NCBI GenBank assembly: GCA_965178125.1
Contig: OZ237735.1
Location: 248,001 to 312,000 of the forward strand
Direction: 5' to 3'
From: Bilabrum cf. latius
Lineage: Eukaryota
DNA: 64,000 bases
Position numbers and translations under genes: made by a program. The notes under the pieces are model-generated. The model saw only the letters and a list, made by a program, of their open reading frames with translations, did not search any database and was not told the DNA's origin. Below are positions 43,201 to 58,200 of this stretch, piece by piece (the stretch's first letter is position 1; the number at the start of each line of letters is the position of its first letter).

Positions 43201-46200
43201 CACGCACGCGCAGAGCTTAGAGCTGCGATTCGGGAGGTGGTTCGTTTGGCGGTGCAGGTGCTCAAGTCAGGTGTCCCAACGGCAGAAGAAGGCGGTTCTC
43301 CTGGCCGTCTGCTGCAGCCAACGCCATTGACAAGGTTCTCAAGCGTCGGAGGTGCCAGTGTCGCAACCGTCGCAGACGAAGAGGAAGAAGAGGAGGAGCG
43401 CGGGGAAAAGGCCCAGCTGGCTGCCCGCCACGCCGCACTACTAGCCATCGCTCAGGATTACAACATTGGTGATGCGCCGATCCTGCTCGACAGTGGGGTG
43501 CTGCCGGTGCTTCGCGCGCTTGCCTTCATGCGAAGTTCAACTCCCTCCGCCGAGACTCGCGTATCGCAAAGCCATAGCACTGGCCCGTCTTCAGGAGCGG
43601 GCGCAACGGAAAGCAAAGAAGCCGATGAGGATAAGGGTGAGAGCAAGGAGGAGACCGCGGCTGGCGATGCCGGAAGCGAAGTGCACAGGTGGAAGAGCGC
43701 CCGGGTAGTCGCGTAGTAGACATATGACGACGCCATCCGTCGCGAGGTGGCTCCAGGTGCCTCTGAACTCGCGGGTGTAGCGACTGCTGCGCTTCGAGTC
43801 ACTGTCGTGCGTCTGGTTGGGATGGCCCATCAACTGTCTGCTGACGCCCTCAGCTCTGCATCAGGTGCATCCGCCGAGAGCGTGGCCCGAGTGTAGCGAT
43901 TGCTGTTCGCTGAGACGACTGAGGCGCTTGCCAATGCAGCTTGGAGGGCAGGGATGACTCGCCTTGCGCTGTCTGCGTATCTACGCCCGGCCTAGTCTCC
44001 CCCTGCCGTGGCTATCCAAGGAGCAACTCCCGCCGCATCCAAGGCAGGGAGCGCGGCACCTGTTGATGACGGTAGCGAGCTTGCTCTGGTCCCGTGCATC
44101 TCGAGCACAGAAGCAGTCCCTGCTTTTCTCGACAGTGCGCCTAGGATTGTTCCTGGTGTGCCTCTGTCGAGCCGCTTCACTGTATCTGCTTGGGTGTATC
44201 CTAGCACGGCCCCTCTGCACGAGTAGGCTAGGCTTGCGGCGCTGAGGGCGAGCGACTTGGCCTCTGTTGACTCTGGCATGGGATCTGGTCCTGAGGCGCA
44301 GAGCTTCGTGCTGGGTGCTCTCGTGAGGGCAGCAAGGGACTAGCAAGCCCAGAAAGCTGCCCGCAGCCGCAAGCTCGGATCCATCATTGTTGGCAGCGGG
44401 ACAAGCGAATCGATGGCAGCCGAGGGCGGCCTTGGAGACCTATCGAAAGCAACGCTGCAGTCGTTGCGGGAGCATGAGGTGCGGAGGGCGCTGGGTGGCA
44501 CTGACGAGGCAGTGGCTATCAGGCTCCTTGCAGGCGCCCCTACCAAGCAGGACCAGCTGATGGAGATGCGAGCAAGTCTTGCCCGCTATGGTATTTCTGC
44601 TGGGATTGGTGAGTTGCAGGACATGGCTGATAGCCTCGGCATCCAGTTGCAGCCGGCGAGAGCTTCACGGGCCGTCAGCGCCGCCTTACCTGCAGGTTCG
44701 CACAGTGCTACCGCAGCAGCGGCCGGCCCGCCCTGTACTTTTGACTTTGGCAGCATTGCTGGCGGAGCTGAACCGCTAGATGGCGACCGATCAGGATTTT
44801 TGACGACGGCGCGCAGCACTGTTCGCGGCTCGCACGCAATCAGCCGGGGAGTGCTGGAGTGGGACATCGAGTTTCTGCTGGCGGGCGACTCGCAGCGCAG
44901 GCTGATCGGTGGCATTATCCAGGGCAACCCACGATCTGTGGAGTACTAGAGCAACGGCGCAGGGTGTATCCTGGTTGATTTCTATGACGGGGAAAGGGTA
45001 ATCAATGGGTCCAGTAGCGGAAACGCCGAAGCGCGATTCCTGCCAACTGAGACAAGGCGATTCAGGCTCGACATGAACGACGGAGGGTCTCCTGGCGAGC
45101 TCAGCGTGAAACGCCCAACCTCCGATGATTGGGAGATAATTTCTAACAACGTGGCGCAAGGAGACTGGTACCCTTGCGTCAACTTCAGAGAGTCGGGGTA
45201 CTCGTGCAGGATCATGAACGTTAGTGACTCGAACTTAGTCAGCGCCACCGCGCCAGCGGTCGCTGTTAACTCGCAAACTGCTACAACAGCGTTCGGCAAC
45301 CGGCTCACGGGCATCGTGGGCACTTTTGACCCTCGAAGGTCAGCCGAGATGGTCTCTGCCTTCCAGAGCACAAAGGGGAGCGGAAGCATAGACTCCACAG
45401 ACCCGAGTCTGTTTGAAGCCTCTGGAATCTGCGCGGCAGCTGCAGTTGCAACTGCTTCGGATGGCGTGCTGGAATGGACCGTCGAATGCCGGGCCTCGAG
45501 CGGAGACCACATCGTGGGGGCTATCAGGGAGGACCTCCGCAATGCTTCCATCCAGCAGCGAGGGGTTACTATCCGCGGGAGGGACGGCAGAGTGTACCGA
45601 GATGGGCGCAGGCTTCGCCTGGAGCACGCTGCCGACCTCAGGTTCCATAGCGGGGACTCAGTCACATTCCGACTCGAGCTTGGTGACGGAACCAAGGACG
45701 ACGGTGTGCTGAGCGTTCGCACGTCTGGCGACTTCGTGAAGGTGGTCAGTGACCTGGAGAAGGGTCCTTGGCGACCCATGGTCATGACGCACCTGCCCAC
45801 TTCGACTGCTACTTTCCACATACTTGACGTCTTCTACAGAAGCAGCATGTCAGTGATTCGCGTGAAGGGAGGGAGAGGTGCTGCCGCCAGGTAGCTCGTT
45901 GCAGCACCAGGGGTAGCATCAAGGCGCGGTGCGGTTGCAAGAGGCACGACGCTCACTAATGAGCTGCACCAGGCATCTAGGAAAGGCGACGGCGTGTTCA
46001 AGGCCATGAACCGAGTCACAACATCAAAGAACTTCTTTGTTCGTTCCAGGGCCGGCGTGACAGAAGGCGGCATGGAGTGGTCCATCAAGTATGTGGACAA
46101 CGACACTGCCTGCAACGTTGCATTTGGGGCCATCAATGGAGACCCAAGGAATGCTGCGTTTCGCTCGAGCGACAACAAGGCAGTGCTTATCTGCGGATCG

Positions 46201-49200
46201 ACGGGCAACCTATTTATCAACGGCAGCTCGCAAGACGCGGACTCTACAAGGCAATTCAGCCCTGGTGACACGCTCTATTTCCAGCTGCGGGTTGGCGACA
46301 GTTCAAGGCCGGGGACTCTGCATGTGCGGAAGAACATGGGCAGAAAGATCTGCCTTAGTGATGCTCTCGAGGCGGGTGGGGAATGGCACGCCGCTATTGC
46401 ATGCTTCGGCACCAGGCAAACAGTTGAGTTGCAGTCTGTCATGGAGGTACCCATCGGGTCGCCGGCTGCGGATCTCGGCAGCGGGTCGGATGCGCTTGGT
46501 GGCCCAGGATCATCTGCCACCCTCGCATAGCTGATGAGGGCTCGCGCGATTCGCGAAGCTGCGCTGTTGCCAGACATTTCTGCGGGTGGCAGCGCGGTAT
46601 CTAACATGGCGGAGCAGCCGCTTAGCACCGAGTGGGACTGGGACACTGCGATGGGCCCAATCCTGCCGAACGAAAGCCCATCGAAGACAAGGTGCAGGCT
46701 CAAGAATGATTGCGCCATCAGGGCAAAGGCTCGTGTATCATTTGGCAAGGCTAGGTGGACTATTCGGTACCTGGAGGGGTCCGTCAAGCACCCCAAGACT
46801 GTCATGGGTATATTCCGCGGCACGCTAGACACCGCGGAATTCGATAAGCCAGGGGGAGCGAATCACTATGCAATTGTGAACGGTAGCAACTCTGGCAGGC
46901 TCCTGGTCGAAGGCAAGGACTGTGGCACTGTTGCTGAGCGCCGCTGCAGCCCTGGGACTGATATTTGCTTTGAGCTTGATATGGACGCTGGCGTTCTCAA
47001 GATGAAGGCGGCACGTGGCAAGTGGGTGATTCTTTGCGACCATGTGCCCGCAGGGGAGTGGAGCCCGATCCTTTACACGTTTGGAAAATCGGAGAAGGTT
47101 GAACTGGCCGACTTTTGCCACGTAGAGATAGCAGGCGGAGTCGATGAGGATCCAGCCGTGCCGAGCTCAATTAGCGACGCCCCGAGGCGGCGGCGAGCAA
47201 CTGGCGCCAGCGCTGGCGCTGCTGGGTCTTCTGCGAATGAGCTAGCTGGTGGATCTCCTCCGCCCGACTTGGTTGCACAGGCTGCAGGGACAGAGCTCGC
47301 CGCGCTAGTGGTTGACGCCTCTGTTCCTGTGCGAAATCGTCTCCGGGCTGCCATGGCGGCCCCTGTGCCGCAGGGCGTGGACGAGCTATTGGACGTATGC
47401 AGCGAGGGCTAGGCCGATTACGAGCTGGACCTGAAGGCCGCAGAGGGCGTGCTCCTGGAAGGCGTGTCGACGGTGTCCGAGTCCTCCTACAATCCACGCA
47501 TGTACGAGTCTGAACACAACTACCGCTCCAACATGAACGGGATTGACCACACAGCTAAATTTGATCATACCAGGCAGGTCCTAGTGAGCTTTACCGACTC
47601 CACTCGGACTGAGGGCGGGTGCGATATCGTGACGATCCTGAAGGGCGATGGCTCTAGTCGGTCAAACCGTTGGGGCGAAGAGATGAGCGGGTCTTCCTTC
47701 CCTGGGCAGCCTGCCCGGAACAATGCGCCTCTGGTCGTGGAGGATGACAAGTTTTGCGTGCATTTCCGATCTGACGGCAGTGTGGAAGAGTGGGGCTACC
47801 GCCTGTTTGCTTGGCCAGTGTCTAACAGGCCGGAGGTGTGCGACGGTGCTGTCGTGCTGGAGAGCCCGCACCCCTACTCAGCCAACATGGACTGGCAGCA
47901 CACCATGAAATTCCCTGGCGCGACATCGGTCAAAGTGTCCTTTGACAGCCGAAGCAGAACGGAGGGTGGCAACGATCTTGTCCGAATCCGACAAGGCGGT
48001 TCACGAGCAACGGTGCGTGGTACGTATTCTGGAACGGATTTCCCCGGGTTTGGAGGCCGTCCCGATCTAGAAATCCATGGTGACACTGTTTCGGTCTCGT
48101 TCAAGTCGGATGGCAGCAACTAGGAGTGGGGCTGGAAAATGACTCTCACGCCGCAAGGCCTAGAGTCTGCCGACTCTGCTCGTTTCCGGCCGAAGTCTGA
48201 AGCTCAGCGCGCAGCAGCTCTAGCCAGGCATGGTCTTAGCGGAGGGCTGCTCGTCGCTCCCGGCATGCTGCCAAGTACCTGCAAGTGCATAGCCGCCGCA
48301 GTTCGCACTGAGCTCGGAGAAGCCAGCCTTGCCAGCACTTCAGGAAGCACTCGAAGCATTGCATCGACAAGCCTGCTGCCGGCTGCAGTGAGTTTGTCTT
48401 AGCTCGGGGCCATCTCTACAACGCACCTGGGGTGGTCGGCGAAGCGTGGACTTCTTGCTGCAACGTTCGAGATAGGTTCTTCGACGTGTGCCGTTGGCAT
48501 CGCTGCGACTGAACTGGGCGAGAGTCTCACAAAGTACAGCTCCGAAAAGTCAAAGACAGCCGTAGTACGCGGTGACGGAAGCGTGTTTCGCAATGGCAAA
48601 GCTATCAGGTTCATTGCTTCGAGTAGCGCGTCGAGCAAGGCCGGCCCCAAAAGCCACACCCCCCTGTGTCCGTTTGGCCCAGTTCGATTCGGCCCTGGTG
48701 ACCTTGTAACTGTCGTGATTGATATGAACGATGGAACCAAGCCTGGATGTGCGGCCGTTGCCGTGAGCAGGGGACCCACCGAGGGCTGCGGACCTTTCGT
48801 GCTGACTTCTTCCATCCCGGCGGGCCGCTCTGTTCGTCCGGTCGCTTTCGCTGGGGACACGACAACCATCACAGTGGTTGAGCTAGCAAGAGATGATCCG
48901 GAGGCAAGAATGAACGCAGCAGCCTCTGTTGTTCGCCGAATCACCGAGCAGAGCTGCTCGGGTGACTCGACAGTCGTGACAACGGCTGCGAAGCGCCTGC
49001 TCAAGGACGAAGGGCGTGCTTAGATCGAGGCCAAGCCCAGCACAGCTGCACCTCATGCACTGTCTACGGGCAGGTACCCGACGCTTGCGGGGCTCGGATT
49101 GCTCGCTGGTCTCGCTGCGGATGCCGTCTCTCGATCCACGGAGGGGAAGGAAGAAACCGATGCCGCGTCTGCTACGGCCGCAGGTGCTGCAGCAGGCGGG

Positions 49201-52200
49201 GCAGCAGCTAGTGGTACCTCCGAATCCGTTGGACCCATCAGTGTTTTGGCGAAGGAGAACGTGTGTGCTCACACGGTGGCGCAAACCAGGTTTCTCCTTC
49301 CGGGAGCTAGGGGGGCTGTAGCTGGGTTACATGCTTTCATGGAAGGTCACTCGGTGCTTGAGTGCGTTTCTGTCGGCGACCGTCCTACCGGCGAGACGCT
49401 GTTGATTGGCGTGGTAGATAGCAACTAGCAATTCACTGCTGTTCGAATGAGCGACGGGGCGGTGCTCGCGGGACTGCAGGACGATGTGCTCTCCCCTGAC
49501 GGCGATGCAACCGTGGCTGGCTCCGTGGATCTTGGGGCACCCCAGGTGCGCGACGGAACCGCTGTCCGTCACATCCGTTTCGCTGCCTTACCCGAAGACA
49601 TTCATGCGGTTGATATGGCTTCAGGTTCCAATGTGGCTGTTGGGCTCTGGATTGATGGTGTATTTGCGGTCAAGCTGGCCTCAATTCCTGCCGGTGTCAA
49701 GTACCAGTGCACGGTAGCTTTCACTTCCATTGCCATTGACTCAGGGGAAAGAGCCGAGTACGAGGCAAGCTTGGATGAAGACGTCGTGGATCTCTATCTC
49801 TAGGGCCCACCCGTCGTGGGTAAGCCGAGGGTGATTGTCGAATCATTGTACACCGGTCAAGCAGCTGTGGATATGAAGGAATTCGAATCCTCCTCTCTCG
49901 GCAGGGATGCAAACGCACAGCCTGCGCAGCTCGGGCAGCTGTCTCGAGGTGGCGTGCTGCTGTCTAAGCGTTACGATCCAGGAATGATTCCTCGCACCGG
50001 AGCTAGCCGTCCATTGCAGGCAATGGGTCTCCGGTTGCTACCCTCTCGATAGCTTGCCTACGTTGCAGTGCCCCATGCTACCGAAGAGAATGCCTCAGCA
50101 AAGGAGGCACACCATCCAGTCGTGCTGCTGTCCCCCGGTGCGCTGCGTGGCCAGCAGTGGAATCACGTTGCAGTGGTACATGATGGTTTGCAGGCCAGTG
50201 TGTGGATCAATGGGATACAGGAGTGCTCCGCGCGCCTGCCTGTTGCGCTTCAGACCCCAGCTGTTGCACCCACATCCATGGTCGACGCGAGATTGCAGGC
50301 GATGGAGCTAGCAAAGCTGCCTATTCACGAACTCAGACAATCTCTACAGCGACTGTGCGGCAGTCTAGGCACGCCAGCTGTGACTGACCCCACAGATTCG
50401 AAGCATGTGCTTGTAGCAGCAACTTCTCACGACTCGAATAAACTGAAGAGCTTGTCGTCGCTGGGGAGAGCACCCGTCAAGATTTCGGGCGGCTCTTCAC
50501 TAAAGGCGGCGTTGCCTATCGGGTCTGATGGAATCGTGGGCCTACCGCAAGCCCTTCTGGGAGCAGGGACCGGGAAATGGTATTTCGAGGTACGGATCAC
50601 TCCTCATTCCGACAGCGGCACTGACAATGCTCCAAATCTTGCCGTCGGGCTGGTTCAATCGGGCAGCACGCTAGAGACGGCAGAAGGTCAAACCCAGCTG
50701 GGAGGCCCGGGCGTGTGGGCCGTGCAATTCGGAAACAGCAAGGCAGCCTGTCAAGCCGTTGCGGAGGGCAGTGGTAGGCAGTATGGCTCTCCGCTAGGTG
50801 GTGAGCGCATTTTATCGGTGGCAATTGATGCTGACCGGGACGGTTAGGTCTCGTTTGGGGTGAACGGCAGCGTATCACCCGGTTTTGGTGTGGCATTCGC
50901 CCGTACTCTCTCCGGAAAAACTGCCGTTTTCCCGGCAGTGCAAGCTGCAGGGTACGATGTGGAGTTCTTGATCGACCCTAAGGGAGCGCCAGGACCAGCT
51001 TCCTGCTCCTGCGAACCGCCTACTGACCATAAGCCGTTGGGTGTCCTCTTCGGGGCGCCAACTGGTACTGCCATCGACGAAAGGTCGCTCGCTGGTCTTG
51101 ATGCAGCGGACCTGAGGCGTGAGGCAGAGAGCCGATGCATCGGTTTGAGGCCTTCATTCTTCATGATTGGGGGCAGTAATGCCACTAAAATCCCGTAGAT
51201 TGCAAACAAGCCCGCATCGAGCGAGCTGGTAGTGTCAGCTGACGCTTCGAGCAAGCGCCGCAGGCTTGCTTGCTGCCACACGAGCTCAGTGCTTAGCGAG
51301 CTTCTCGGCTTGCTGCGGCCAGGCCCTTCGTCTGGTGCTGGCGCGGATGATGCGGATCCGAGCGGCGCCGTGGCTGCAGTTGTCGCTGCTAAAGAAATCG
51401 CCGAGCGGCTAGCCCCTTGTGGGCCGATGTCGGGCGCTTGGTACCTGGAGATTGATGCCTACGGCCCTGTAGAGGCCATGATGGCGTCTTTTGCCGGCTA
51501 TGCGTGGGTAAACGGGAGTACAGCGTCAAGTGTTGACGATTACGAGCAGATAGGCCGCGACAAAAAGCCGGTTGCCGTGTGCTTTGGCGACGGATCGATA
51601 GAGACCAACACAGCGGGGTTGCCTCGTCCCGTCCGACCACTCTCGGAAGAGAAGCGCGCTTAGACTACGCTGTCGATGCTGCTTGATGTGAACGCAGAAA
51701 GGGTTGTGGTATGCATGCTGGATTCCGCTGGCGCTGCAAGTGGGGAACGAGTCGTACCTCTGCCCGGACTAGCAGCTGGTGCGATCCTATCAGGAGGTGC
51801 TAGACTCGCCTTGGACGTCGCACCCGAGGTGACAGTATCTCTTCGTTTAGGCAACGGCCTGGGGAGCAGTCTTGTTGGTCAGATCCCGGCGGGGGCCCAG
51901 CCGTTTGGCGACCTGTTCCGCCCGGGACCGACGCGTGCTCACGCAGCACCTGCAGGTTCGCAGGAAGACTTCAGCGAGGCGCTTGCAGTGCTCGCGGGCC
52001 CACAGTCTGCCGCACCAAGTGTGTTCAATGATGCACCGATGGTGTTTGGACGCCCCTCCATGTTTGCGGGGAAGGCCACATCGTTCGGTACGTTCGGTAG
52101 GTCAACCACAGAGGCTGAGCGCAAGCACGAGAACCGAACACATGCTGCATGGGCAGGAGCTGATGCTCTAGTGTCCAAGTCATGTGTGATGCCCTTCCAT

Positions 52201-55200
52201 GCTGCTGCTGCGGAAGTGATCTAGTCCATGAGCTCTCCAGCTGCGCTACGAAACCTCTCCAGCACCCTTCGCATAAACGGGAGCGAACTGCGCTCAGCCG
52301 CTGACCCGCTGATCGAGTTCGACTGCGGCGTTGGATTTGGCCTACCTGCGTCCATTGCACTTCCTGAAATGCCGGAGCCGCGTCGTAATGCTGCTGCTGC
52401 TCTCAGCGTTGCAGCCGCCGCAGCTGCCGGGCCGCTCAGCAGCCTGTTCCTCGGCAGCGTGGAGGCACTGTCGTCACTCCTGGCCGTCTTCTTTGGTAGA
52501 GATCCGCAGGCGAGCTTTGCCGCTGGTAATGTCCTGGCGCGGGTGCTGCCGGATACGGAGCCTCAGGCTGCTGACGCGGCAATGCAGTACTTCTGGCACG
52601 CTGGCAGTGACGGCATCGTGCAGGCCGCGGATGCTCGCGAAGCTCCCAGGCATGCCAAGTCTGGTTTCGTTGCCGCTATGCTGGCTCGCGCAGGGCAGCC
52701 ATTTTGCTCGGCCGCTGGATTCAGACCGGCTGGAGAAATTATTAAGGACCCGTTCATTGCGCAGGGATTTGCGCAGCGGTGTGCCAATCTGATGCAGGTG
52801 CTCTTGATTTCTGTACAGAGTGCGACCGGGCCTGTGGCCAAGTTGTGGCGGGAGGCAATTCGGTCTTGCCTGGTGGATGCTCTCCGCACGGTTCCCGATG
52901 TGCTAGGTGGCATGCGCTCTGCGAGCCTGGAAGACTCTTCGAAATGGACCCGCGTGTCTGCCGTGTGCGGGGCGCTTATCGTGTGCGGTGCTGACCTCAA
53001 GCTCCTTCGAACTGGTTCGCAGGTGCTCATGTCTAGTGCCAGCCAGGCTGCTAGCAAGACCGACACAGCTCAGAGTTAGACTGGCATTCTGGTGTTGCCT
53101 CTTTCTGCGGTGGAACAAGGAGGACCTGGGTATCGAGTTGCAAAAGCAGCGGCCGACGGTGATGCCGCAGATTCCGAGGGGAGCAAGACTGCGTTGCCGA
53201 GCGCGTACATGGCCGACGCAGACGTGCCTTGTGCCAGTGTTACGCTGGCACCCACTCCACACAAGTTCATGCAGTAGCTCTTCCGCGCAGTGGCTCATGA
53301 TTCCGATGCTGATGAAAGCAGCATCGTCGATACCGTGCTGCGGGCTGCTGCAGCAGCCGCGCAGGCAAGCTGCGCTGATAAAGACAGCAAAGAGAATGAC
53401 AGCAGCTCGTCATAGTCTATTGAAATGTCAGACAAGCAGGTTCTGGACCGTTGCACTTATACATTTAAGCACACGAGTGGAGCCGATGACCGGGCCGTCG
53501 TGCATGACGTGCCTTGCCATGAAGCAGACCGGGTTCTCATCCGCATTTCCAAGAATGCCGGCACTGATGGCGCTCCATTGCCCCCCACGTCTGATGGCAT
53601 CTAGGTATTGGTCGGTGGAGTTCCCGTGGTAGGTAGGAATCCCGTCGAGAAGGCGCCGGAGGAATCAGCGGGTGGAGGGGAGGTCACAGTGAAGGTACCA
53701 TGGGCCAAGGCTGCTATGCCTGCGCGTGATGTGCTACCCGAGGTTTTGCAGCTTGTGCCCGTAGTGCGAGGACCAACGTGGCAGAGTGGCAACGCCGATG
53801 GCGGACCCGGGTCGCCTGGCTTGGCTCTGTCGATGGAAGGCACCCAGGTGCAGGTTATGTGGGAGAGGGGCGGTGAAATGACGACGCACACGTACGACTA
53901 CGGCACCGACCGTTTCGACGTGGTTCCCATGGAAATTTCCAAAGATGTCTTCGATGAGCGCCAGCGCGTGAAGGCTGCTGCCGCTGTGGCACCGGATACG
54001 TCTGTCGTGTCTCCCGATGAAGTGTACGCATTTGGGCAAAGCGCAGCAGCAGCGGGTATCAAGATCAAGATGCAGAGACCTTCTCTCGCTAGTAAAATGC
54101 CTGGTGAAGCCGACGCCCCTCACGAGTGCCACGTTATTGTGGAGAGGTATGTCTCCAGACAGGAGGCCAGAGAGATTGCCTCTGGGGGCGCTGCGGGAGC
54201 CTCCAGGCGGCTGCAATGCGTGCCCCGCGCGTTGCTCCGTTACATCTCCGCTCTAAGCCTTGATGCCCTCTTGTCTGCCCCGCTAGGACGAGGAATGAGC
54301 CTGGATGCAAGCCCGAACGCCGTACGGGAGCTGGCGAGAGCTCTTTCTCGGGCTGTCAAACACGCTTCTGGCGACACAGCAGTGTCCGTTGAAGTGTCTT
54401 CTCTCAACCAAGTGCGTCTGCAGGAGCGACTAGACCGTCTGCTGCTTGCGACTGGTGAGGGACCAGCTGTTCCTCGCACGAGCCTGCAGGGCGCGAGTGG
54501 CAAATTTGCACCCGAGACGGTAGTTGCAGCGGGCAAAGCTGTGATGAGCACGGCAGCAGTGGGTGAGAAACGAAGCAGCGAACCCCCGTAGCCGCCCGGT
54601 CACTCTGCAGCCACAGCTGGGCAGTACGCTGAAGCTGGCACGGTTTCGCAAGCTACCTACGGTGGCATCAAGTCTGTCAACCTGTCGAACGTATTCGAGA
54701 TATCGGCTCTCGGGTCGTGGCTCGTGCATGAGCAGGAAATTGCAACTGTAGAAGGGACTGGTGACGTCGATGTAGCAGCCTTCGACCCCACCGAGCATCC
54801 GTCTCTGGAGGTATTTGCGTCGGAAGCAGCCGCAGCAGCGAGCATGAGTGGCGTTATTACAGACAAAGAGCCAGCCACGTCGATTCCAGATTCCTAGGAG
54901 CCGAGCATCGCTGATGGGATTGAGGGCTGCTCGGGACTGCGCTGCCTCGAGGCACTCGAGGAAACCCTGCGAGTCGCAGAAGGCCGAGTCTACAGCTCCG
55001 CGCTGGCCAACCTGCTGCAGAGCCCGTTGGCTGCAGCACTCACTGAGATAGATGCGGATCTCTCGGCGGGCGAAGCCGCTAAGAAGAAGAAGGCGATCCA
55101 GCTGCTGCGGTCCACGACTGCTTTCCTTGAGGATTCGCTCAGTGCTTCCACGTCAGCGAGTTCACATGCTGACGAAGGCAGCGCTGCCACCTCCAAGGCC

Positions 55201-58200
55201 CACTCGATGCAGAAGCTTAACGAATCAATCAAGAACAGGCTGGAGGATGTGGCACGCTCAGCAGAGGACATTGGTGGCACTATCGCTATGTATGCAGCTG
55301 CATTTGCGCTCGAGAAGAAGATGGAGTCTGTCACAAGCGGCCGATAGGTCGATGAGCAAGCAGCCGACACCCTGCTCTCAGCTATGTGCATGACAGCCTC
55401 TAACCTATGCGAGGATGTAGCTCGCGGCAATGGCATGCATTGGGAGACAGCGAAAGGTATGGTTGAGGTCCTCCTGAGTCCTCGCAGCTTCAAGCTTGCA
55501 ACTGCAGCATTTAATGGGGCTACAGCAGCCAGCGGGGGCGATAGCATTGCGCTTCAGCTTGGGTCGCTGCTGCGTGTTGCAGCTGTGGCATTTGAGCCTG
55601 GGGCGTCTGCACCGTCTTGCCTTCGAGGTGAATCGCTACAGAAGGTAATGTCTTGCATCGAGCCGCTGTCTGGACGAGTTGCAAGCACAATCAAGGCAGC
55701 CTCAGGCGGTATGCTGTCTGGCAATTCCTCGAAACGTCCCTCTTTCGACGCGCAAGGCGGTGTTCTGAAGATGCTGCCCCCGGCAGCGCAGCATCTTGGG
55801 GAACAGGCGGCTCAGCTCGCCCTCGGTGTAGAGCTGTTAGGCCCCTACTTGATGGACAGCAGCAGCGAAGGCCCGGCCAGCGGGGCGGGCGCGGACGATC
55901 CCACGGGTTCTACAGTGACAGAAGCAGAGTTTGCCCACAACTTTGTTCGCAAAGCCATGTATCCGCTCATGATGCTACCTGGATTCCAGAGTCTCGTCGC
56001 GTTTGAGCGGGCGGCGATGGATCTGGCAGCGGGGCGAGCTCCTCATGCCATGATGCTGAACATGCTGCCTGGCTTTTTGCTGAGCAAGTTGTCGCGTGTG
56101 GTAGATCTGACCCCAAGGGATGGGGTGAAGGAGATAGTTATCCCCGGATCTTCCCAGGTGCGCGTGCTGATGTCGCCCGATACCTCCGTCGGCAGCGGTT
56201 ACCTGGAGGTCTCGAACTCTGCCGGTGTCACTGCCCGGGTCGATGGTACCGCGGCTCTACCCGGCGGGGAAATGAGGCTGCCAAGCGGGTTCAGCCACTT
56301 GGCAGGCGGCACCACCGCATTTGCAGTGGCCCCTCTCGCAGCTGACGACGCGACCCTGTCGCTCACTGCAGGCAACGGTAGGCTCTCCAGCTAGTTTGTG
56401 TAGGAGGCACTGCTAAAGAAAACCCCGCAGAGGCATGGCAGCAGTCGTGATGACGGCCTTTCTGGAGTCACGCCGTCGTCAATCGGAAAGCTTGACCCAG
56501 CAGACGCCCGTCTGGTCAACATGGAACCGAGGCAGTCCGTGGGGTTGGACCAGAAAGCAATGAAAGTGCACGAAGCATCTGGTACAACGAGTGTGGCTGT
56601 GCCTCGCCTCGCCGTGAGTGCTGGCAAGTGGTACTTCGAGGCAGACCATAGTACTCTCGATTTATTTGACGCCAAAACAATCGCCACGGTTGGGATGGCG
56701 TCGGCCTCGTTCAAGCCAAACGGTCCAAGCAACCAGACTGCTGGCAAGTGCAAAGGCAGTTGCGCTCTGGACGTATCAGAAGGAGTCGTTTTGTGCGACG
56801 GGGCAGTCACTCGTTGCTCTGCCAAGCAGGGACTTGGCAGTGCTTCGACCGTGGTGCAGGTGGCCGTCGATGCCGATGCGAACACTTTGACGTTTGGTTG
56901 GAACGGTAATCTCAAGGCCCGAATGTCTGAGCCAAGTGCTTCAGCCAAGATTGCTGGGACAGTGTACCCGGTTGTGTCTCTGGGGTCGAGTGAAGTGGTG
57001 AGCCTGCGACTCGGCGGGAACGCCAGCACAGCTCTCTAGCACGAACCGCCTGAGGGGTACCAGCCCCTGGGTGCTCTCTTGCGTCGCGTACGAGTAGCTG
57101 CCACTAAAGCTCCACGACTTGCTCCCATCCCATATCCGGGATAGGACTGTGTAGTGGTCGAAGACAACGGCCGGGTTGTTCGAACTCAAGGACGGCAGTC
57201 AATTCGGACAGCATGGGTGCCCGAGCTCACGGTATCTTCTGGCAAGTGGGTGTATGAAGTGAAAGTAAGCTCCAGCGGCTTTGCGCAACTGGGTTGGGTT
57301 GGAGCTGGATGCTCTAGGATTAATCTATCCACGCGCGGTGTCGGAGATGACATCAACTCTACTGCATGGGACGGATCTCAGCGTCGCGTTTTCCAGGGTG
57401 CGCAGGGCTTTTCTGCTGGCGGTCGCTGGAGTTCCGGGGATGTCGTGCAGTGTTACATCGATTGTGACACCCGCCAGGCCTTCTGGCGCTTGAACGGCTC
57501 CACCGATAGGATCGAGTGGCCGGGCACGCCCGTGCCGGGCGAAGTGCCCCTTGCGCCCGGGGTGTCCATGGATCACTCGCAGCAGCTTCTCGTGAGGCTC
57601 GGCGGCCCCAGGTCTGACCCCTTGTCGATCGAGCCCATGGCCGGATACCGTCCCATAGGAGAGTCTGTGCTGGCAACGGGTGCAGGCTCGCCTCGATCGA
57701 TGCCGAGGATTTCACCTGCAGCGTATCCCGGGCAGGGTGAGATTGCGATCGAGAACGGCGGGCGGCTCGTCACGGTGACTGGCGGAGCCGACGTGCAGAC
57801 TGCCTGGGTGCCCGAATTGCAGGTGTCCACCGGAAAGTGGATGTATGAAGTGCAGCTCTCCCGTGGCAGGTATGCGCAGCTGGGTTGGATTAAGCAAGGC
57901 TTGCAGGGCATCAATTCCACCAGTCATGGAGTAGGGGACGTTACGGAGTCCACAGCGTTGGACGGGTCCCAGAACTATATCTTCCAAGGGGGGCAGGAGC
58001 ATCGTATTCGAAATTCGTGGAGTTCCGGGGATGTCGTGCAGTGTTACATCGATTGCGATACTCGGCAGGCCTTCTGGCGCTTGAACAGCTCCACCGATAG
58101 GATCGAGTGGCCGGGCACACCCGTGCCGGGGTCTGGCCCGCTGGCGCCTGGAGTGTCCCTTGACGGTTCAGAGCAGCTGACAGTGAGGCTCGGCGGCCCC

